DNA of 64,000 bases from Eledone cirrhosa (taxonomy: Eukaryota): contig OZ024740.1 of assembly GCA_964016885.1 (NCBI GenBank), forward strand, positions 302,250,001 to 302,314,000, in the 5' to 3' direction. Positions 55,301 through 64,000 of the stretch are shown here, one piece after another. How positions within the stretch are numbered: position 1 is the stretch's first letter; each line of letters opens with the position of its first letter. The notes below the pieces were generated by a model that had not been told where the DNA came from, made no database searches, and worked only from the letters and a program-made list of their open reading frames with translations. The translations under genes and the position numbers were made by a program.

Positions 55301-55822
55301 AACTTCCAGAAGTCACTGGCCTGGCAGTGCTACCGAGGGGCTCTACCCGTTCGAGAGAGGCTCTACAGACACGGGCGCCCGGGCAGGGATCCCTCAAAAA
55401 AGATTTGCCCTAGATGCGTGCGTCACGAAGAAACCGTGGCGCACGCATTGGTGCAATGTCCTGGCGTGGCTGATCTGTGGGGCTACGCCGAACAACTGCT
55501 GTCGCGGGTGGCGCCGATTAAATTGACCGCCGAGTCCGTGATGACAATCAAACCGCCTCCCCTCTTCACAAAGGAAGCAAAGGCGGTTTTTCTGTGCGTA
55601 ATAGCCATGTTGAAAGAGGTTGTTTGGTGGACACGATTGAAAGGTCTGAGGTCAGGCAACTTCCTCTCTGGCCATAGTCTGGTCTACTTCTTCCGATATC
55701 ACTTCGGAAGAAGGATAAGAATGGAGAGAGAGGTGCTTGGCCACAGGCAGTTTTATGAAAGGTGGGTGATAGTGGCGAGAATGGCTCGTGTAAATGGGCC
55801 TTCTCTGTATACCATCCTGTAG
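52385..55822 (+). CDS. Tx1/L1-type ORF2: APE endonuclease, RT and C-terminal Cys/His motif (1145 aa)
   Basis: LNARGL, ICET, AGDWN, YLDRF, TDH, GYWKLN, KSPGLDG, FRPITLLN, LDQSKAFDRVDH, IRQGCPLS, AYADD, GGLG, CPRC...ETVAH...C. Confidence 0.97.
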   Translation: MDVLRVGCLNARGLGSTWKQAKLLNDLRSCSINVMVICETRISVMRQLAPTFDDFEVHASLCQPGGGGGVVVLLQKHLGLAVQVVHSDPEGRLLVLDVGSSESAALRLVAVYSPFGAERPDFFQRLETFLGTSRSLLLAGDWNDILDARWDYAGACPNRGGCNSLKGLLDRFNLVDRYRLDFPTVPTWTWRNHSGQSRSYLDRFLVRSKDRDILSCPEMRTVGYTDHKLVTCVVNLEKTHRQGPGYWKLNLSLPAKETYRNRISRLVKERLTGAIVNNRWWASLKREIRTESISYSKMLAANRNRNEKELTGKLEEAIKSEDVARVLASRTALNQFFDAKHEGCVIRSKIRALGNEGAKAVGWARVTEAKSGNRSTIRSLQDEDGRVIREPKQMCEAFQKHFARLFGGGEGPGRGVDFGPYLDGLPRLSNKEAESCEGPISADEIGDALSQCSRRKSPGLDGIPYELYLAMPVFFSELLEAVYCNWQQNGRIPCSVAKGVVTLVRKDENKGDSINNFRPITLLNTELKILAKVLAKRLALVVGGLVGDAQTCAIPSRSIHDNLHLMRYIIERVGNKPGFGGALINLDQSKAFDRVDHGYLDAVLAAAGFGPVFRGWITALHSNHICSRIKVNGYLSKPFEITRSIRQGCPLSSLLYVLTLEPLLRKLELLQGIPLEPGLSKAVSAYADDVTVMVSTDSEIEAIGTLLEEYERLSGAKLNREKSIGLQLGTWRGKPMPPDGVVGHWTEGPVKLLGVWFGPDLQVEKNWNEVTNKLFALTQKWAKCKLSLKGRAEVANIYIASVTYYRLTVVPCPKETLTIMERMLFQFLWKKRPPMVRRSICCQQPSKGGLGMPWLMMRRHALRLRHLQVFLTGQPVWAPFVKRAFPRLVSLTELQSWVKQRSGKLGDWHTECAQALRALWQAGRAIGGESTSSFYRGLVASRGDDTLGESLDMEEDELASLFGRTFGPGPMDNFQKSLAWQCYRGALPVRERLYRHGRPGRDPSKKICPRCVRHEETVAHALVQCPGVADLWGYAEQLLSRVAPIKLTAESVMTIKPPPLFTKEAKAVFLCVIAMLKEVVWWTRLKGLRSGNFLSGHSLVYFFRYHFGRRIRMEREVLGHRQFYERWVIVARMARVNGPSLYTIL

Positions 55823-56036
55823 GTAAAGAAGTAAAGGAGAGGGGAGCACCTTCTCCATGTGCTCCCCGGGCAAAGGATTGCACACTTTTTCGGGGGTGTG
55901 TGCAACCCCCATCACGTCCCCTCCCTTTTGAGGTTATTTTCGATTATTTTCATGTTACACCCTTTTTACTCGATTATATGTAAACTCCCCCTTTGTATTT
56001 GTCCCTTCTTTTTATGCCTTTATGGTAAATAAAGAA

Positions 56037-56075
56037 ATCTATCTATCTATAGATTGTTCAATAGATAGAGAGAAT

Positions 56076-56107
<32 letters not shown>

Positions 56108-56108
56108 T

Positions 56109-56157
<49 letters not shown>

Positions 56158-56185
56158 GAGATACACAGGCAGATAGATAGAGAAA
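56037..56185. repeat. (TATC)/(GATA)n microsatellite
   Basis: GATA run; similar tracts at 45310-45377 and 50200-50237. Confidence 0.95.
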
Positions 56186-56521
56186 TAGATGAACAGGAAA
56201 TTGATTAAGAAACAGAATTGAAAGAAAGAAAAGTGGAAATATAAATGAAACAGGAATATAATGAAAAATATCATAAAATGAAAAAAATACAGATTTGAAT
56301 ATAATATTTTCTTATCGTTACCCCCTCAGCAACAGCAATTGCCATAACAACCCCCAAGGTGAATTAGAATAAACACACTCACATAGATAATTACACACAT
56401 AAATACACATATATATACATACGTATATAAACACACCTAAATCAGTTACTCAAATACCCGCATACACACACACACACACACACGCATATATATATATATA
56501 TATGCGAGTATATATATATAC

Positions 56522-56631
<110 letters not shown>

Positions 56632-56645
56632 AACACTTATACATA

Positions 56646-56692
<47 letters not shown>

Positions 56693-56695
<3 letters not shown>

Positions 56696-56851
56696 ACGAA
56701 AGAAATGTGGTAAGGAACCAGATGGACCATAACGCACCAAAGTACTCAATAGTTAGGGTAGTAGAGTGGGTAATAGGCACGAGTAGGACCCCGACGGCTG
56801 TGCTCAAGCCGTCGAAACGGCTTGAGCACAGCCGTCGGGGTCCTACTCGTT

Positions 56852-56854
<3 letters not shown>
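56693..56854 (-). mobile_element. Second copy of the short fold-back element (hairpin ~56774-56854) within (TA)n
   Basis: Reverse complement matches 25790-25917. Confidence 0.75.
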
Positions 56855-56905
<51 letters not shown>

Positions 56906-56935
56906 ACAGTCATACACCCACTCACACATACTCAT

Positions 56936-56989
<54 letters not shown>

Positions 56990-57038
56990 ATTAATGTATG
57001 TATGCATGTAGAAGATATGTGCATGTGTGTATGACTGT

Positions 57039-57076
<38 letters not shown>

Positions 57077-57125
57077 GTATGTATGTATGTATGTAGAAGA
57101 TATGTGCATGTGTGTATGACCGTTG

Positions 57126-57201
<76 letters not shown>

Positions 57202-57419
57202 GAAGATATGTGCATGTGTGTATGTGTGCTTACGTATGTGTACGGGTCGAGTGCGTGTGTCTATGTGTGTGTCTGTATATGTACTAGAGCCATATTATGT
57301 CTAATCAGTAATACTACTCACGTTATTACTATTATATTATTCCAACATCAATACCAACCACCACTACAACTCCTTCGTTTCCACACACGACACCATCATA
57401 ACAATCTGCATCTCCATAA

Positions 57420-57461
57420 TCATTATGATATATTATTATCATCATCATCATCATCATCATC

Positions 57462-57493
<32 letters not shown>

Positions 57494-58283
57494 CCATGAC
57501 CATCCGGCTCACAATCGTTATCATCATCATCATCATCTCTTTCGTCTTCGCCGAGATCATCATTCTTATTATCTTCAACGTCACCATCGCCACCTACTGC
57601 TGGCAATGCCGCGTCATCATCATCATCATCATCGTCATCATCATCATCATCATCATCATCATCGCCAACACTCATACCTATCCCTATCACCATCATAATC
57701 ATCATCATCGTCATTACAATCGTTATCATCATCATCATCATCATACCTATCACTATCACCATCATAATCATCATCATTACAATCGTTATCATCATCATTA
57801 CCATCATCATCATCATCATCATCATCGCCATCATCGCCATCGTCATCTTCACCATCATCATCGTTATCACCACCATCATCATCACAATCGTTATCATCAA
57901 CATCATTATCATCATCATCATCATCATCGTCATCATCGCCATGGCCATCATCATTAGTATCATCATCATCGTCATCACCAGCCTCATCATCGTCGTCGTC
58001 GTCATAATCATCACCATCAATATCATCATCACCACCACCACCATCATCATCGCCATCACCATAACTATCACCATCAAATCATCACCACCAGCATCGCAAT
58101 CATCATCATCGTCATCACACTCACCACCATAAAAATCGTTATCATCATCGTCATCATCGCCACCACCACCATCATCATCATCGCCACCACCATCATCATC
58201 ATCATCATCACCACCACCATCATCATCATCATCATCATCACCACCACCATCATCATCACCATCATCATCGTCATCACCACCAC

Positions 58284-58321
<38 letters not shown>

Positions 58322-58349
58322 CCACCACCATCATCATCATCATCATCAT

Positions 58350-58396
<47 letters not shown>

Positions 58397-58445
58397 CCAC
58401 CATCATCATCATCATCATCATCATCACCATAACCATCATCATCGC
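57420..58445. repeat. Degenerate (CAT/CAC)n trinucleotide tract with a short (CAG)n run
   Basis: ~1 kb; produces poly-H/D/M ORFs on both strands. Confidence 0.95.
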
Positions 58446-59489
58446 CAGCGTTATTGATTATATTATTGCGATATTTACTTTCTAATCCATATGATCTGGA
58501 AAAAATATCAACTGATATTGGTGTTTGTGCACAATTGTGTGTAGATGCGTTATTCATAGATGTCGTGTCATCTAGAGGAGTGTTATAAACATACATACGC
58601 ATATTTATATATATATATATATACATATATACACGCACTTGCAACCACATGCGTATAACATTCACATAAACACATTAAAATATAAATAATCGGGTTACTA
58701 TATATATATTATTTCATGTATGTATATGTAACAAACAGGAATGCTTAGTCATAATACAAGTTAAACATATAAAACCGACATTTATACATGCTCGGAAATA
58801 TATACATATATATACAAGTTTATTGGGTCATGTGCATTTGTATGTGAGTGTGTATTGTGTATAGTCATGTGTTTAACTGCATATAGTGTATAATGAATAC
58901 CGGTGCTATCATTGAGTATAAGACAAGGGGCCAAATAAGGCCGACAAAAAGTTTAACTAGATAAAACACGATCTACTTATATTCAATAATGGACGAGGTT
59001 GGTGATTTGTTTTAATAGCAAAGGTTGCCTGCAGAGCTTTCTCCTCGATAGATATTTGATCAGTTCGTATCAAAGACAATCTGTGTATCGATCAAACGCG
59101 ATTCTCATTGCACGGTATCATATGATGTTCTTCCATCTAGCTATCCAATATCTTAGTATAACTACGTGTCCGTTTTGTTGGATGCAGGCGGAACCATATA
59201 ATATAGAGGCCTAGCCATTTGTCATCGAGATTAGATACTGGCGGCATATTGGCTAAAACCGGTGATTTGTGAAAATGATGTTGAATGGAAATCAACATGA
59301 AAATATGTGGATAAGCAAACAGAAAAGTAAAACACAAATACAAAATAAATGAATTCGATATGAAATTAACTAGCCATCAAAGATGCATGTACGAGTATCT
59401 GAGATATTGCGACTGTGTGGAGGTGTGTCGGTGTAAGGTAAGGTGTGTTTTCGTGAATGTGTTCATATATATACACACACACATATATC

Positions 59490-59532
<43 letters not shown>

Positions 59533-59766
59533 CATATATATATATTTTATATATATATATATGTGTGTGTATATGTGTGTGTGTGGGCGCGCGTGTGTGT
59601 GTATATATATCCCGAATATCCCGAAATGAAATGGGCTCTGCTTAGTTGAATTTGTATAAAATACATTACTGCAAAGTAGCGGTCTCACGACCTTGCTGTG
59701 CTGGATCATGGAGATGATTATGCGAAGTGAAAATGTATGTGTACATATATATACACACACACGCAT

Positions 59767-59826
<60 letters not shown>

Positions 59827-59924
59827 AAAGTAAATAACAACAACAAGGAGTAGTGTTACATATAATAGTTACATGCCACATAATATATTTATATGCATAT
59901 CATATATCAACACATGCTATGGAT

Positions 59925-60175
59925 ATTTGACTCACAATCGTAAGGTCGTGAGTTCGATTTCCGGCGACTCATTATGACTTTCCGCAATTACTTTTATTTC
60001 ACCTTGCTCCAGTCCACTCAGCTTGCAAATGAGTTGTACCCAGCCTTGTCACATGCTGTGTCCCTTTGAATCTCCCCAAGAACAACGTCAAGGGTACGCG
60101 TGTTTCGGAAGGTTCAGTCATTTCCACTTTATTTTCACTAGCAGGCTGTTCAGTTGAACAGATCAACTGGAATAT
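59925..60175 (+). mobile_element. tRNA-derived SINE of a second family (CORE-like middle)
   Basis: gagttcgatttcc B box; ttttatttcaccttgctccagtccactcagc shared with 60565-60600. Confidence 0.6.
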
Positions 60176-60474
60176 ACGATAAGTCTATGATACTGTGTTT
60201 GGTTGGGTTTTGGGTTGATACGAGTGTGGGTTTTAGTAAATTGAAAACACCAAGGAAGAAAGAAGGAAGCGTTTTAATTTCGGTTCGTTTCTCTTTTGTT
60301 TAAGCAAAGCTATTCGTGAAACATCTTTAGAATCAACTGTATCATAAGCAAAAACGTGCATATAGTATTTAGCAAAAAGCTTGTTTCCTAGTCAAACTGC
60401 GTATCTCCACTTTCTTCCACAGGCTTGCATATTGTTCGCCTAGTTTTTAAATGTTTATTCTCCATTAATCATTA

Positions 60475-60710
60475 GAGGAGGTGCATGACCTAATAGTAAG
60501 GATGTTAGACTTACAGTGAATTCAATTCCTGGGCTAAGATGTGTGTTTTGTACTTGATCAAACCCATTCATTTCCCCTTGCTCCAGTAGACACAACTGAA
60601 CATGAGTACCAGCAATAGCTTGTGCTTTAACCCTGCGATGAACTGGCGTCTTACCTTGGGGGGGGGGGACTCTTGTACTATCATTTGGTTCACGCCACGA
60701 AACCAGGTTA
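60475..60710 (+). mobile_element. Diverged SINE with a tRNA head, CORE-like block and V-domain-like aaccctgcgatgaactggc
   Basis: gaattcaattcc B-box remnant; ccttgctccagt; aaccctgcgatgaactggcgtc. Confidence 0.55.
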
Positions 60711-60987
60711 ATCACCAGTCTGACGAGCTTCTTGGCTTCAGACAGACTTAAGACATAGTTTTCGAGAGGTTGGTCATTAACCCGACACTTCCATTCTTCA
60801 CTGTATATTTTCCTGTCTCGTTATATATATACTGTGTAAGCGCCCATTACCCGTGCAATACTGTTCGTTTATTAAAGTATAAACCCAAAGAAGAAATGCG
60901 AGTTGGGTGAGTCATATCTCTTATACAGTTTTATGCATCTCAAAATGTAAGTGAAATTGAGATATGATTGGGTATGTCGTGATGTGT

Positions 60988-61045
60988 CATACATACATAC
61001 ATGATGGTTGCCCACTCGTTATCGATTATGGACATTGCACGATAA
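60988..61045 (-). mobile_element. 3' tip of an RTE or RTE derivative
   Basis: (CATA)n-tgatggttgcccactcgttatcgattatggacattgcacg. Confidence 0.75.
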
Positions 61046-61130
61046 AGAAAATACACACATACATACGAACAGACACACACAAACACACACACACACACAC
61101 AGGCACACACACACACAGACACACATACAC

Positions 61131-61159
<29 letters not shown>

Positions 61160-61167
<8 letters not shown>

Positions 61168-62189
61168 AAGGATAAAAAGGACGATTGATTATTCCTTCAT
61201 TGCATTTATTGATAGGTGACGCGCGTTTTGCCACTGATCAGCTCAAGGTTCGATCTATATCGATCTTACCCGACTCAATAATCCGCAGCTCGACGGACAT
61301 TCCTGAAATGCTATAAGAAAATGAAATACATGCTATGTGATAAAGTCAGATATTCAAGAGTTTGACAAAATGAGTTGTTTTGATTGGTGGTAAGGGTCAA
61401 GGCGATGTACTGGCCTGTAGTGTATATGGGGGTGGGTGTGATGGTGAGATGTTGGTGACGATGGGTGGATGAGATGGGCTGTGGTGTGGTGGTTGTTGAT
61501 TGGCCTTGGCGTGTAGAGTATGTGGGGGTGTGGATGTCACGATATGGTGGTGGTTATGTTTGCTTAGTGGGATGGGCGGTGGTATGAAGTTAGTGGGTTG
61601 TCAGTAGATGGGTTGGCGTGTGTGTGGCGGTGTGGTATTGGTGCCGTTGTCTATGGTAGTGGCGTTTGTGGTGGTGTGGCGGATGTATTGGTGGCGTCAA
61701 GGTCATTACCCAATACCACACCGCCACACACACGCCAACCCGTCTACTGACAACCCACTAACCTCACACCACAGCCTATCCCACTAAGCAAACATAACCA
61801 CCACCATATCATGACATCCACACCCCGACATACTCTACACGCCAAGGCCAATCAACCACCACCACACCACAGCCCATCTCATCCACCCATCGTCACCAAC
61901 ATCTCACCATCACACCCACCCCATATACACTACAGGCCAGTACATCGCCTTGACCCTTACCACCAATCAAAACAACCCATTTTGTCAAACTCTTGAATAT
62001 CTGACTTTATCACACAGCATGTATTTCATTTTCTTATAGCATTTCAGGAAGGTCCGTCGAGCTGCGGATTATTGAGTCGGATAAGATCGATATAGATCGA
62101 ACCTTGAGCTGATCAGTGGCGAAACGCGCGTCACCTATCAATAAATGCAATGAAGGAATAATCAATCGTCCTTTTATCCTTTCTATATA
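61160..62189. repeat. ~480-bp inverted repeat (61160-61641 / 61710-62189), PLE-tail-like, each arm ending outward in TA repeats
   Basis: Arms are reverse complements with scattered mismatches; variant HHR at 62050-62136 and its mirror. Confidence 0.93.
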
Positions 62190-62301
62190 TTACACTCTGT
62201 ATAGCTCTACACATCATCACAGAAGTGAACATAAACATCGAGTGCTCATCCGGGTGAACCTGCAGTAACTCCTAGTTACACCCACTGGGTATATATATAT
62301 A

Positions 62302-63360
62302 TATTTATTTAGGTTTGTTGGTTCACCACCGGATAGAATTGGTCATTCCGTATGATCAATCGTGATGTAATATTATGGAAAGTACTCAACGTAGTGCAGT
62401 TCACCCGTATTCGTTTGTGTAGTTGGTGGTGCTAATACGGAATAATTAACTCCGTATTCGCACCACCAACTACACAAACGAATACGGGTGAACTGCACTA
62501 CGTTGAGTACTTTCCATAATATTACATCACGATTGACCATACGGAATGACCAATTCTATGCGGTGGTGAACCAACAAACCTAAATAAATAATGCTCCGAT
62601 AATGTTGAGCGCTTTCAGATGTAATATTGAATAGCGGCAGTGACTTCAGTGTACAGCTATTGCCAGCATGGGATTAACTGATCTAATTACCATTCGGATT
62701 TTGGTTGCTCTGTGGTTTGTCTACCGCCCACCCGATCCAATGCTGCTTCCTTGTCGGGAATAATCGGAATCCGACAAAATTCTACGTATTATACTTAAAC
62801 ATGTATTGTATTGACTGAACTCTCTACTCTATACTTCAGGACTTTTTGTGACCCACACTGAGTTCTGGGACCCGAACTTACACTATGTACCACCTGATAC
62901 CATTCCACCTCTTCCATCCTCTATATCTATATGTATAACCTTGTATTATCTTACTGCAACTTCATCTATTTTGTATTTCCCCGTTGATTTGATTCCTCCG
63001 GTATGTTCTTATATACTTCCTCCGTCTCACTACATCACTACTCTAGCTATGACGGCGTTTTATTTATTTATGTATTTTACTTTTTACTTTATTAATGTAT
63101 CTTTGTATCCTGCTTTTATTTATTTGTGATTTTCTGCTTATTATTCCTTACTCAGGTCTTTATGCACCTTTCATAGTTCCCTACCCACCAAAGAACCACA
63201 CTACTTATAACCTGGACTAACTGGGACTTAAACATAATTATAGTCTATTTCCATTGGGTTTTACCACTTTCGACTGATGAGGTGGCTTCCCGGTTGTGCG
63301 CCGGGCGCTCGGAAAGTTCAGCCTTCCTTGAGTGCTTGGAAAAATAAATTTCCCCTCTTT
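62302..63360 (+). mobile_element. Fold-back (62302-62590) heading a decayed PLE-like body with an HHR-like remnant at ~63274-63320
   Basis: Near-perfect ~290-bp palindrome centred near 62445 after (TA)n; ctgatgag...cccgg/ccggg...ggaaa downstream. The palindrome is certain; the PLE call is tentative. Confidence 0.55.
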
Positions 63361-64000
63361 CGGTAAATGATATTACTCGGAACGGTTGGATTTGCCCCGG
63401 GGCCCGCCGCGCCGCCTGTTTTGACCTCCATATTATACTTATACCTATAAACTCTGGGCTTAGGCATAACTGTTAGCTGTATCATGCCTCCCTCTACTAG
63501 CACGTAAATAAACCCCTCCTGTTTGAATTAATAGTATTCGTTTGGTATAGACGATGGCCTGTCGAAGATGGTAGACTTCCCGCTAACACACCCGAAGCCT
63601 ATGGCAGTCACGTTCCTAGAGTACTCGGAAAAATTAATTTCCATTTCTTTCGCTAGACGATACCACTCGAAACTGGCTGACACGTGGTTAGGAGGTGCTG
63701 GCTGGGATTTACGATCGAAGGCTTTAATCTTTACTCTATATCCCACCTTGATAACTTATAGGGATTCCCAATAATACACTTAAACTTTTTCATATAAGAC
63801 TCTCTCTGTAATTTCATTAAATATATCCCGCAACACAAACCTTTAATTTTCTATTAATTTTCTAATTATTTTTAAAATTTCTTTTAACTCATAATTTTTT
63901 TAACTTTTAATTTATTTTAATTTAATTTCATCCTTTAACTCTTAACATAAGTTAACGTTCCAATTTTCTGTTCACACATTTGACCATACAGACACCTATT

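Larger units (their letters stand above)
50241..56036 (+). mobile_element. Full-length intact Tx1/L1-type LINE with a 19-bp TSD
   Basis: atctatctatctatagatt at both 50222-50240 and 56037-56055; two open ORFs; aataaa at the 3' end. Confidence 0.93.

Noticed and set aside
45531-55915. Antisense ORFs over the Tx1 elements
   Set aside because: Shadows of the sense ORFs and (AAC)n low complexity.
57112-58665. 281-aa His-rich and 401-aa Asp/Met-rich ORFs
   Set aside because: Open only because of the (CAT/CAC)n tract; no domain or exon evidence.
60690-60755. cgaaaccaggtta...ctgacgag as a permuted hammerhead
   Set aside because: No convincing stem I or stem II.

Overview
Very AT-rich, microsatellite-saturated animal DNA with no recognisable host gene. 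The repeat set (a tRNA-derived SINE with a Meta-like middle, an RTE LINE with C-terminal C2H2 fingers, and very long TA/CATA/GATA tracts) suggests an octopus or other cephalopod; this is inference. Protein-coding content is almost entirely retrotransposon: an intact RTE LINE (13320-16865, -), a decayed near-full-length R4/Dong-type element (~8927-13030) with four truncated copies, two tandem Tx1/L1-type LINEs in GATA repeats (the second intact, with a 19-bp TSD), and several Penelope-like (GIY-YIG) remnants. The main signal not shown by the ORF track is non-coding: more than 20 minimal type I hammerhead ribozyme (HHR) motifs, intact or decayed, read by eye. They include a tandem array of ~438-nt HHR-bearing units with an inverted partial unit (35.7-37.5 kb), which looks like a non-LTR retrozyme/circRNA family and has diverged, covarying relatives at 33.2-33.9 kb and 40.1-40.5 kb. 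Several fold-back palindromes at (TA)n tracts also carry HHRs, one with a compensatory U3-A8 core. Element edges are approximate and no folding or search was run.
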